Positions 31,424-39,480 of a stretch of 64,000 bases of DNA are shown here, piece after piece; within the stretch, counting starts at the first letter, position 1; every line of letters begins with the position of its first letter. Position numbers and translations under genes: made by a program. The notes under the pieces are model-generated. The model was not told where the DNA came from. It saw nothing but the letters and a program-made list of their open reading frames with translations, and did not search any database. The stretch lies in the IMG/VR virus record IMGVR_UViG_3300031758_000011, positions 62,001-126,000 of that record. One strand, 5' to 3'. The stretch is from an uncultured virus (IMG/VR IMGVR_UViG_3300031758_000011) (Duplodnaviria > Heunggongvirae > Uroviricota > Caudoviricetes).

Positions 31424-31696
31424 ATGAAAAGAATTGTTGTAAAAGAAATTGATAAACTAAAAAGTTCTACGTTTGATGATAAATCGATTAGTGAATACCT
31501 AATCTATCTGATTCTAAATCTAGGTGAAGGTGATATAATACTAAATGGTTTTACTGAGTATGGTAGTAAAAACAAAGACGCTAAAGTTGATGAATTAATA
31601 ATAGAACATTTTGTTACAAATGAAAGTTTAGAAACGATTGATAAACAAAACATAATCGAAGAAATAAGTTTCTCCGAATACATTAAAAACAAATAA
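31424..31696 (+). CDS. Hypothetical protein
   Basis: ORF track. Confidence 0.55.
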   Translation: MKRIVVKEIDKLKSSTFDDKSISEYLIYLILNLGEGDIILNGFTEYGSKNKDAKVDELIIEHFVTNESLETIDKQNIIEEISFSEYIKNK

Positions 31697-31698
31697 AA

Positions 31699-32049
31699 AT
31701 GAGTGAAAATTATCCGTTGATTATAGTGTTCTATTTGGACGCTGAGATGATGAAAATTAAAGAAATCATCCAACCATTCACAGAATCAGTTAACATGATG
31801 TTAAATCAAAAAAAAGCTAACGCTATGGCATTCTTCTTACCGACAAACGGTGAAGAAAGAGTTGAATGTATCAACCCTTTGGTAGTTCCAAAAGATGAAA
31901 TGGAAAAAATAAACAAAATAATTGAAGACGTTAAAAATAGTTTCTCAATTGGTGAAGATATTGATATCCCAGAAGAAATCATTGAATTAGAAGAAAAACC
32001 ATGTGACTGTGGTAATAACCCAGATGGTAAATGCAAATGTAATGAATAG
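31699..32049 (+). CDS. Hypothetical protein with Cys-rich C-terminus
   Basis: ORF track; CDCG...CKC. Confidence 0.6.
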   Translation: MSENYPLIIVFYLDAEMMKIKEIIQPFTESVNMMLNQKKANAMAFFLPTNGEERVECINPLVVPKDEMEKINKIIEDVKNSFSIGEDIDIPEEIIELEEKPCDCGNNPDGKCKCNE

Positions 32050-32233
32050 AGAAGACAAAGCTAGATTATACGATGAATACGTAAGAGAAAGTGATATATT
32101 ACAAAGAGAAATATCTAAAATAAAATCTGAATACGTATTTGAGATTCCTACAGATAAACAAGAAATTATAGATAGGAATAACGCTAGAATAGAAGTTCTA
32201 GTTAAAAACTTAGAAAGACTGTATATTGATTAA
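32042..32233 (+). CDS. Hypothetical protein
   Basis: Start refined to the ATG overlapping the upstream stop. Confidence 0.55.
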   Translation: MNREDKARLYDEYVRESDILQREISKIKSEYVFEIPTDKQEIIDRNNARIEVLVKNLERLYID

Positions 32234-32883
32234 GGTCTAGTACTAGTCCTTCTTATTTTGGTGTATGGCCAACCAGTTTCTTCATGTATGATATCATACA
32301 TTCGACCAATCTGTGCTGGTTGCGCTGTACCCATAAATAATAAACTTTTAATTTTTTGTTTTTTAACAATTTTTGCCAGCGTATGATGTAATCTTTGAGC
32401 GTCCTCTAAATTTTTACAAATAATCATATCAAACTGGTCTTCATTATAAATTACAAGTTTATTATAAACAACCAATACTTGTTTAACCATTTTTTTAGCG
32501 TGAGCACCTAACATAAGTCGTTTAACAACTTCTCTTATTGTTGGTCGTTCATCACCTTCATAACCATAGATATAAAACGTTTCTTCAATATTATATTCAT
32601 CAGAAACTAATATTGTCCAATCGCCCAAAGGTTGTTCAGTGTATAATTTGCCATAATCATCCCTTAACAATCTAAAAGTATCATCTTCTTCAGTAGGTTT
32701 AGTAACACAAATTTCATATTTAACTTTTTTAATTCCGTTTGTGTTTAAAAATCTTTTTGGATAAAGGACATTATTTTCTTCTTTCATTTTGTGAAATTTA
32801 AGAAAAGCGTTTTGTTTGGTTTTACATTTATATAACGTTTTTTTATATTTTCCATTTGATAATAACACAATTCTATAACTCAT
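32230..32883 (-). CDS. Hypothetical protein
   Basis: 217-aa ORF, divergent from dnaJ. Confidence 0.7.
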   Translation of the reverse strand: MSYRIVLLSNGKYKKTLYKCKTKQNAFLKFHKMKEENNVLYPKRFLNTNGIKKVKYEICVTKPTEEDDTFRLLRDDYGKLYTEQPLGDWTILVSDEYNIEETFYIYGYEGDERPTIREVVKRLMLGAHAKKMVKQVLVVYNKLVIYNEDQFDMIICKNLEDAQRLHHTLAKIVKKQKIKSLLFMGTAQPAQIGRMYDIIHEETGWPYTKIRRTSTRP

Positions 32884-32937
32884 ATACTTGCTTTTTTATA
32901 TAAAAATATGTAGTTTAGACAAAAAATAAAGATTAAC

Positions 32938-33960
32938 ATGAGTAAAAGAGATTATTACGAAGTATTAGGTGTTAAAAAAGGTGCTAGTGCTGATGAAATT
33001 AAAAAAGCGTATAGAAAACTAGCAAAAGAACATCACCCAGACAAAGGCGGTGACGAACAAAGATTCAAAGAGATATCAGAAGCATACGAAACATTGTCAG
33101 ATAGCAGCAAAAAGGCTAATTATGACCAATTTGGTCATTCTAGTGGTAGACAAGGTTTCGACCCATTCGGTGGATTTAGAAATCCGTTTGGTGGAAGAAA
33201 CCCATTTGGTGGGTTTGACCAACCTAGATATGGTTCAAATATTTCGTTAGTCGTTAAACTAACGTTAGAAGATATTTTTAATGGTGTTAATAAGAGCTAT
33301 AAATACACTAGAAAAGCCAAATGTGGTACGTGTGATGGTCATGGTGGTGAAAACACTGTAGATTGTCACGTTTGTGGTGGTTCTGGTCAAATGGTTCACG
33401 TTATGAAGACACCTATGGGTATAATTCAGCAAATGACTGCTTGTAATCATTGTTCTGGCACTGGTAAAACATACACAAAAGAATGTGGGAAGTGTAAAGG
33501 AAATGGTGTTGTTGATAAAGAAGAAATGGTTGAAGTTGAAGTTCCATCTGGTGTTATTGATGGTATGTCATTTGTTATGGAAGGTAAAGGTCATTGTGTT
33601 AAAAATGGTGAGGAAGGTGATTTAATAATAAAGATTTTAGAATTACCACATAAATTATTCACTAGAAACGGTAAAGATTTAAAATTAACGTTAAAAGTAC
33701 CTTTTCCAACAATGGTTTTAGGTGGTAAGATGGAAATACCTACAATTGAAGGTAACAACATTAGAATAACTATCCCAGAACATAGTGAAGTAGGACAAAC
33801 GTTAAGAATTCCATTCAAAGGTATTAAAGTGTATGGTGATGATGGTAGAGGTGATATTTTTGTTAACCTATCTGTTGACATACCTAAAGAGATTGATGAT
33901 GAAACAAAATCTGTTATCATTGATTTAAAAGAAAAATTACTTGCAACACAAAATTCTTAA
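32938..33960 (+). CDS. dnaJ: DnaJ chaperone
   Basis: J-domain with HPD, G/F region, four CxxCxGxG repeats. Confidence 0.97.
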   Translation: MSKRDYYEVLGVKKGASADEIKKAYRKLAKEHHPDKGGDEQRFKEISEAYETLSDSSKKANYDQFGHSSGRQGFDPFGGFRNPFGGRNPFGGFDQPRYGSNISLVVKLTLEDIFNGVNKSYKYTRKAKCGTCDGHGGENTVDCHVCGGSGQMVHVMKTPMGIIQQMTACNHCSGTGKTYTKECGKCKGNGVVDKEEMVEVEVPSGVIDGMSFVMEGKGHCVKNGEEGDLIIKILELPHKLFTRNGKDLKLTLKVPFPTMVLGGKMEIPTIEGNNIRITIPEHSEVGQTLRIPFKGIKVYGDDGRGDIFVNLSVDIPKEIDDETKSVIIDLKEKLLATQNS

Positions 33961-34030
33961 TTTGCTTGTAATTCATATAATAAAATTGTATATTAGGAAA
34001 AATAAAGTAAAATAAATAAAAAAGTAAATT

Positions 34031-34483
34031 ATGGCAAAATTTGAAGAACCATTTGAAGACACGTTGGATTTATACAACGAAGTAATTAAAAATGTTGGTT
34101 TAGACCAATATGTTAATATCAGTGTATTGGTTAACAACAAATCTAAAGAATTGTTTAAAGTTAACAAAGCAAATGAATTGTTAAAATACAAAACTGGTGA
34201 CGACATAATCATCGTTATCAATGAAAGAATTTTTGAACAATTAACTGATGAACAACGCAGAATTGTTGTTGAGGAATCTTTATCTAGTATCCATTATGAT
34301 ATGGAAAATGATAAATTAATTATCAGCAAACCAGATGTTGTAACATTTAGTGGTGTATTATCTAAACATACGTTTGATAAATGGAATACATTACGTGAGT
34401 CTATTAAATCTTTATACGAAGCTGAAAAACAAGCTGAAGATGAGGCTGCTAATGCTACTAGTAAAAAAGCAAAAGCATACTAA
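34031..34483 (+). CDS. Hypothetical protein (phage metallopeptidase-like pattern without HExxH)
   Basis: DIIIVINE..F..L..EQR..VVE..L...PDV..F pattern; recognition tentative. Confidence 0.5.
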   Translation: MAKFEEPFEDTLDLYNEVIKNVGLDQYVNISVLVNNKSKELFKVNKANELLKYKTGDDIIIVINERIFEQLTDEQRRIVVEESLSSIHYDMENDKLIISKPDVVTFSGVLSKHTFDKWNTLRESIKSLYEAEKQAEDEAANATSKKAKAY

Positions 34484-34791
34484 TGAGTAGAGAAGAAGTA
34501 GAAGAACTATTGGCTGAGTCAAACCCAGAAGCGTTATTCATGGATGGGTTTGACGATGCTATAATAGGTATAGCTGAAAGACCTAATTTTGGTCCTATAG
34601 TAGCTTACGATGAAGAAAAAATAATTGAGATTCTATTCCATCAAATGGAAGCATCACCAGAAGATTTAGTTGATAGAACCAAAGATGAAGTTTGTTTAGA
34701 AATGGCTTTAGAATACTATTACTACAACGTAAAATCAACATGGATGGGTGAAAACACACCAATTATTATAACGACAAAATTTTATGAATAA
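34483..34791 (+). CDS. Conserved phage hypothetical protein
   Basis: DGFDDAIIG...EYYYYNV...MGENTP pattern. Confidence 0.65.
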   Translation: MSREEVEELLAESNPEALFMDGFDDAIIGIAERPNFGPIVAYDEEKIIEILFHQMEASPEDLVDRTKDEVCLEMALEYYYYNVKSTWMGENTPIIITTKFYE

Positions 34792-35509
34792 TATGAATTT
34801 AACTAATGAATTTAGAGATTATGCTATTAAGCATATGGGTGTTTCATCTTTAGAGTTTCACCAATGGGAACAAATGCAAGAAAAGCTTTATGGTTCTCAA
34901 GCGTCATTAATGGTGCCATCAGCATCATTAACGCCTTACATTCTTGAAGAAAGAGAATTAAGAGCAACACAAATGGATATCTTTTCAAGAATGATGATGG
35001 ATAGAATCATTTGGTTAGCTGGCCCAGTTAACGACAGAATGAGCACAGTTGTACAAGCACAACTTATGTTTTTGGATAACTTAGAAACAAAAGATATTAC
35101 TTTACATGTCGATTCTCCAGGTGGTTCAGTAAAATCTGGTTTATCAATCGTTGACGTAATGGATTATATCACATCTGATTGCGTAACAATTAACACTGGT
35201 ATGGCTGCAAGTATGGGAAGTATCTTATTGGGTGCTGGCACAAAAGGTAAACGTTATACATTACGTTTCAGTAGAGTAATGCTACACCAAGTTTCGACTG
35301 GAGCTCAAGGTAACATCCAAGACATTAGACGTTCAATTGCTGAAGGTGAAAAGTATAATGACATTTTATTTGGTTTGTTAGGTCAATATACTGATAAAGA
35401 CCCAAAACAAGTAATGGAAGATGCAAGTCGTGATTTATGGTTAAATGCTGATGAAGCTTTAGCTTATGGAATCGTTGATAACATTATTACAGCTAAAAAG
35501 AAAAAATAA
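34784..35509 (+). CDS. clpP: ATP-dependent Clp protease proteolytic subunit
   Basis: DIFSR, SPGGSV, GMAASMG (catalytic Ser), MLHQ, RDLWL.A.EAL.YG. Confidence 0.96.
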   Translation: MNNMNLTNEFRDYAIKHMGVSSLEFHQWEQMQEKLYGSQASLMVPSASLTPYILEERELRATQMDIFSRMMMDRIIWLAGPVNDRMSTVVQAQLMFLDNLETKDITLHVDSPGGSVKSGLSIVDVMDYITSDCVTINTGMAASMGSILLGAGTKGKRYTLRFSRVMLHQVSTGAQGNIQDIRRSIAEGEKYNDILFGLLGQYTDKDPKQVMEDASRDLWLNADEALAYGIVDNIITAKKKK

Positions 35510-35612
35510 TTGCAAAATTACTTGCATTATTTAAAAAATGTTTGTACATTTGTAATAAGAAAATAAATAAGTGGGTTTTTTAACAGAAACCCACATATTT
35601 ATAAAACACATT

Positions 35613-35747
35613 ATGAATACAATAAAAATAATTAACAATTCAGTTTTCTTAATATATGAAAACGAAACTTTAGAATTTTCTAAGTCATCAAAAATTTTTA
35701 ATTATTTTATTAAACTTAATGGTGAAATTTATTATTTAGTAAAATAA
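35613..35747 (+). CDS. Small hypothetical protein (44 aa)
   Basis: Below the ORF-track cutoff; TATTTAT 17 nt upstream. Confidence 0.4.
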   Translation: MNTIKIINNSVFLIYENETLEFSKSSKIFNYFIKLNGEIYYLVK

Positions 35748-35766
35748 TACACGTTCTTTAATTTAT

Positions 35767-36126
35767 GGGGTATTTAAGGTATTGACTGGGTATAGTCGTA
35801 GGTAGTAAGCATGTAGTGCTAGATTGGAAGCACTTTAAACTGTCTATTAGAACAAGAATTGACAACGATTTAATCGTATCAGAAAATTTCCTTGATGAAG
35901 CGACATTCGTTTCTAACGGAGAGCTTGCAGTAGCCTAATATTGCATATGGTAGTAACCTACCGATGGTGGTAATCCACTAAGATAATGGTAATCCATCTG
36001 GTGTGAAGCTTAAATTACACGGTAAAAAGAGGTAGCGAAATTTCGGATAGTTTGAAAACTATGTCCTAAACATGTAGAAAGCATTGAAGAATATTCAACA
36101 CACGGGTTCGATTCCCGTATACTCCA
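35767..36126 (+). ncRNA. ssrA: tmRNA
   Basis: GGGGTAT/ATACTCC-A acceptor with G3-U70, GAC in the D-loop-like segment, T-arm ACGGG-TTCGATT-CCCGT, internal tag ORF 35861..35938 ending ELAVA*. Confidence 0.93.
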
Positions 36127-36242
36127 CTCTTAACAGATTCATTCTCAAACAAATATCCGTGAGTAATGAAATTATTACCCTCAGTAAGTCGCTTTACTGG
36201 GGGTTTTTTATTTTTTAGCATATTTATATTAAAAACAAAACT

Positions 36243-36608
36243 ATGGAAAAAATAAAACAATTTTTATTAAAAGCTTTAAGTTCAAAAAGTGATGTATCTA
36301 GTAAAAGATTAATTTCATTTTTAGCGTTTACAATGATGTCAATTGGTTTTATAAGCAATTTATATTTTGGGTTAAAAGTTGAAGAACACATGTTTAAATC
36401 AATGGAATGGATAGTTGAAATAGGTATGGGTACTGTACTATTAGACCCTTTGACAAGAAGATTTGGAAGTAATAATTTAGGTGGTGAACCGCAACCACCA
36501 CAACCTCAAACACCAACAAGTGGAGGTACTCAAACACAAACAGTATCTACTGGTGATACGCAAACCCAATCAGTAGATATGCCAACTGGACCAGACCCAG
36601 TAGAATAA
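36243..36608 (+). CDS. Small membrane protein, holin-like
   Basis: SSKRL followed by two hydrophobic segments and a P/T/Q-rich tail; TATTTAT upstream. Confidence 0.5.
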   Translation: MEKIKQFLLKALSSKSDVSSKRLISFLAFTMMSIGFISNLYFGLKVEEHMFKSMEWIVEIGMGTVLLDPLTRRFGSNNLGGEPQPPQPQTPTSGGTQTQTVSTGDTQTQSVDMPTGPDPVE

Positions 36609-36610
36609 AA

Positions 36611-36635
36611 AAAGGACTCTAAATTAGAGTCCTTT
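36611..36635. terminator. Bidirectional terminator
   Basis: AAAGGACTCT-AAATT-AGAGTCCTTT. Confidence 0.75.
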
Positions 36636-36654
36636 ATTTTTTATAACCACCATA

Positions 36655-36729
36655 TTATTTACTAGTTGGTGTAACTGGTGGTGGAGTAGTAGTTTCTACT
36701 GTTCTTGGTTTTCCGCATCCGCAACCCAT
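36655..36729 (-). CDS. 24-aa microprotein MGCGCGKPRTVETTTPPPVTPTSK
   Basis: Own TATTTAT motif (36766-36772, minus strand), A at -3, codon-like GC-richer island, terminator downstream. Confidence 0.6.
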   Translation of the reverse strand: MGCGCGKPRTVETTTPPPVTPTSK

Positions 36730-36806
36730 AGTTTCTAAGATTTAATTAATTGTTATTTTATAATAATAAATATTGACTATAAAGAAAAATAATCATATAT
36801 TTAAAT

Positions 36807-37037
36807 ATGTTTTCGACTAAATATAATGCGACATTATTGGATAGTAAATGGAATCCAATAAAAAATAACGTTAAATTTAACGTTATACCTAGAAAAAATG
36901 AATATATCTATTATATTGATAGATATTATCATGTTGTTAATGTGATTCATGATTTAACGACTAAACATAACGTTTTAGTTGTTTTAGAGGAACTTACAAA
37001 CGATAAACAGAATGAAATGGGTGGTACAAAAAAATAA
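36807..37037 (+). CDS. Hypothetical protein
   Basis: ORF track. Confidence 0.55.
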   Translation: MFSTKYNATLLDSKWNPIKNNVKFNVIPRKNEYIYYIDRYYHVVNVIHDLTTKHNVLVVLEELTNDKQNEMGGTKK

Positions 37038-37131
37038 ATTAAAAATATTTTTGATTTTACTTGACAAACCACATATTTATTAGTACATTTGTAATATAAT
37101 TAAAAACAACGTTCTTTACATATTAAAAATA

Positions 37132-37427
37132 TTATCTAAAAAGATGGGTTCTGCAACCAAAACAGATACAATTACTATGAGAGTTTAGTTGGTATGCCAG
37201 AAAGACAATATGACCTTTGAAAGAAGGACTCGGATGGTTTTTACTGCAACGGAATTAAACAAAATTGGTTAGGTTTCCAATTAAAACAAAAACCACGTCA
37301 CAACCACCCCAATAGGTGCAAGTAGGATGTAGTCGAATAACAGTAGACTCTCGCCAAAGCGTAGCCGAAGACGTAAAAAGGGTTAATCCGCTGGGATGAA
37401 AAAACACAAAAAACCATCTTGAGATAA
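37132..37427 (+). ncRNA. Putative structured ncRNA, 'TTCWGCAA' element 2 (contains nested element 37235..37295)
   Basis: TTATCT/AGATAA and AAGATGG/CCATCTT terminal stems; GTTCTGCAAC after the 5' strand; GC-richer non-coding DNA behind a promoter and boxA. Confidence 0.6.
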
Positions 37428-37432
37428 ACTTA

Positions 37433-37507
37433 TTGGCAGAAAGAATCTATTCAGCAATTTAACTATACTATATTCTAAGCAAAGTAAAAAAAACAGATTC
37501 TGGCCAA
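37433..37507 (+). ncRNA. Putative structured ncRNA, 'TTCWGCAA' element 3
   Basis: TTGGC/GCCAA and AGAATCT/AGATTCT stems; ATTCAGCAAT. Confidence 0.6.
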
Positions 37508-37511
37508 CTAT

Positions 37512-37589
37512 GCTCTAGAAGTTTAGACTTTATCAGATGGGTATCGAAAGATATCTATGGGATAACTGGTTCGTAGCCAGTCTAGGGCA
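37512..37589 (+). ncRNA. tRNA-like RNA without a canonical anticodon arm
   Basis: GCTCTAG/CTAGGGC-A acceptor, ACTGG-TTCGTAG-CCAGT T-arm, central arm capped by a GAAA tetraloop. Confidence 0.55.
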
Positions 37590-37594
37590 CACAT

Positions 37595-37666
37595 TGCGGA
37601 GTAGAGCAGAGGTAGCTCGCAAGGCTCATAACCTTGAGGTCGGGGGTTCGATTCCTTCCTCCGCTA
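37595..37666 (+). tRNA. tRNA-Met(CAT), initiator-like
   Basis: Full cloverleaf; CAAGG-CTCATAA-CCTTG; 1:72 mismatch. Confidence 0.9.
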
Positions 37667-37753
37667 GATAACCGAAATTAACTCACTTGCACGTAGTGGT
37701 TATTGCACACCTAAATGGTGACTAAGAAGTTAATAAATTTTAAAAGTATTTGT

Positions 37754-38260
37754 ATGAGTATTGAAGTAAGCAAACAAGAGTTAATAACCAAATTAAGTGT
37801 TGATAAAGGTTATTCAGTTGATAAAGATGGTAAAGTCTTTAATAAAGATGGTCAAGAAATCTCAATTGGAAAATCTAAAAAAGGTTATTTATCTTTTAAC
37901 ATTAGAGTAGAAAAGGGTTCAAACCCAACTAGGTCTTTTGTTCACAGATTACAAGCTTATCAAAAATTTGGTGATAAAATTTTTGAAACTGGTATTGTTG
38001 TCAGACATTTAAACGGAATATCAACGGATAATTCGTATGATAATATAGGGATTGGTACATATAGTGAAAATTCTTTAGACGTACCTAAAGAAAAAAGAAT
38101 TAAGTTATCTAGTAAAGCTAACTTAAAATATAACCATGAAGCTATTATCAATGATAAAAAGAATGGTTTAAGTTTTAGTGAAATAATGGCTAAACATGGG
38201 ATATCTTCTAAAGGGACAATCTCATTTATACTAAAAAAGTCACTAGAATCCACCAAATAA
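37754..38260 (+). CDS. HNH homing endonuclease
   Basis: VHRL, VVRHLNG..TDN...NI..GT.SEN; start refined. Confidence 0.85.
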   Translation: MSIEVSKQELITKLSVDKGYSVDKDGKVFNKDGQEISIGKSKKGYLSFNIRVEKGSNPTRSFVHRLQAYQKFGDKIFETGIVVRHLNGISTDNSYDNIGIGTYSENSLDVPKEKRIKLSSKANLKYNHEAIINDKKNGLSFSEIMAKHGISSKGTISFILKKSLESTK

Positions 38261-38265
38261 TATAT

Positions 38266-38335
38266 TGCGTTATGGTGTAAGAGGTTGCACACGAGGCTCA
38301 TAACCTTGAAGGGTGGTTCGATTCCGAGTTCGCTA
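38266..38335 (+). pseudogene. Degenerate tRNA-Met(CAT) copy
   Basis: D and anticodon arms intact (CGAGG-CTCATAA-CCTTG); T and acceptor stems poorly paired. Confidence 0.65.
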
Positions 38336-38341
38336 CTAAAA

Positions 38342-38421
38342 AGAATAGTTTCAGCAATCTTCTGGATGAAAATTAAATTTGCAAAATTCGATTAGTGGTT
38401 CAATTCCACAAAGACTATTCT
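38342..38421 (+). ncRNA. Putative structured ncRNA, 'TTCWGCAA' element 4 with internal T-arm
   Basis: AGAATAG/CTATTCT stem, TTTCAGCAAT, internal GTGG-TTCAATT-CCAC. Confidence 0.6.
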
Positions 38422-38433
38422 GAACTTATTAAG

Positions 38434-38459
38434 AAGCCATCTAAATGATGGCTTTTTTT
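38434..38459 (+). terminator. Intrinsic terminator ending the RNA array
   Basis: AAGCCATC-TAAAT-GATGGCTT followed by Ts. Confidence 0.8.
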
Positions 38460-38575
38460 ATTTGCATATATGAATAATATTTAGTAAATTTGTAAAAGAT
38501 GACGGTATTAGCAATTATTGTGTTTTTATTAGTTATTTTATTTTCCGCAAAAGGTAAAATTAAAAATAGAAGAAA

Positions 38576-38836
38576 ATGGTAAAAAAATTAACTAGCGAAA
38601 ATTTAGAGTTATTTATCGACACTTATAAAACCAAACATAAAGAAGGTTTTACTGGTTATGAAATCGTGACCATATTAGAAAAATACAAAATCGATAAAGA
38701 TAAGTTTTATGAAGCGTTAGGTGTTAACACATGTATGAATATTGGTGGTGATTTTATCACTTATCATTGTGACGTTGAAAAAGGGTTACGTTGTGTTATT
38801 GAAGACCGTGACCAAAATATTTTAGAATGGGATTAA
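38576..38836 (+). CDS. Hypothetical protein
   Basis: ORF track. Confidence 0.6.
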   Translation: MVKKLTSENLELFIDTYKTKHKEGFTGYEIVTILEKYKIDKDKFYEALGVNTCMNIGGDFITYHCDVEKGLRCVIEDRDQNILEWD

Positions 38837-38847
38837 ATATAAATTAT

Positions 38848-39393
38848 ATGGATGCAGAAACAAAAATGTTAGAAAGACTAACTGGTAAAACAAGAAAACC
38901 TAAGTTACTAATCATAGGTAACATGAGACATGGGAAAGATACATTAGCTGAAATCTTCAATGAAGAATTTGGTTATACGTTTGAATCATCATCTCAATCA
39001 GCAGCAAATATCTTTTTGTATGACTTATTAAAAGACAAATATGGTTATTCAACACCAGAAGAATGTTTTGAAGATAGAGTTAACCACAGACAAGAATGGT
39101 ATGAAGCTATTTGTGATTATAACAAAGATGATAGAGCTAAATTAGCTAAAGGTATCTTACAACGTTCAGATTGTTATGTAGGAATGCGTGACAGAGATGA
39201 AATTGAAGAATGTTTAAGACAAGGTATTTTTGATTTGGTTATTTGGGTGGATGCATCTGAAAGACTACCAAACGAAGACGCTAGTTCATTCAACATTGAT
39301 AGAACATGTGCAGACATTGTTATTGAAAACAATGGTACTTATGAGCAATTTAAAGCAAGTGCGTTAAGATTAGGAAAAATTTTATTCAAATAA
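38848..39393 (+). CDS. P-loop kinase, probable deoxynucleoside monophosphate kinase
   Basis: IIGNMRHGKDT, GMR...E, ADIVIENNGT; start refined. Confidence 0.75.
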   Translation: MDAETKMLERLTGKTRKPKLLIIGNMRHGKDTLAEIFNEEFGYTFESSSQSAANIFLYDLLKDKYGYSTPEECFEDRVNHRQEWYEAICDYNKDDRAKLAKGILQRSDCYVGMRDRDEIEECLRQGIFDLVIWVDASERLPNEDASSFNIDRTCADIVIENNGTYEQFKASALRLGKILFK

Positions 39394-39480
39394 AAAATAT
39401 AGGGATAAAATAAATATTATAAAAAAAAAAGCATAGACATTATCTATGCTTTTTTTTATTTTCATTAGATATTTATTTAT

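Noticed and set aside
36066..36260. Minus-strand 64-aa ORF
   Set aside because: Antisense to the tmRNA 3' end and a terminator
36715..36729. Eukaryotic myristoylation/palmitoylation signal in MGCGC
   Set aside because: The context is a bacteriophage, so no N-myristoyltransferase is expected; the peptide itself is kept as a finding
37130..38421. CRISPR array
   Set aside because: The shared motif is only about 10 nt, spacing is irregular, and there are no cas genes in the window
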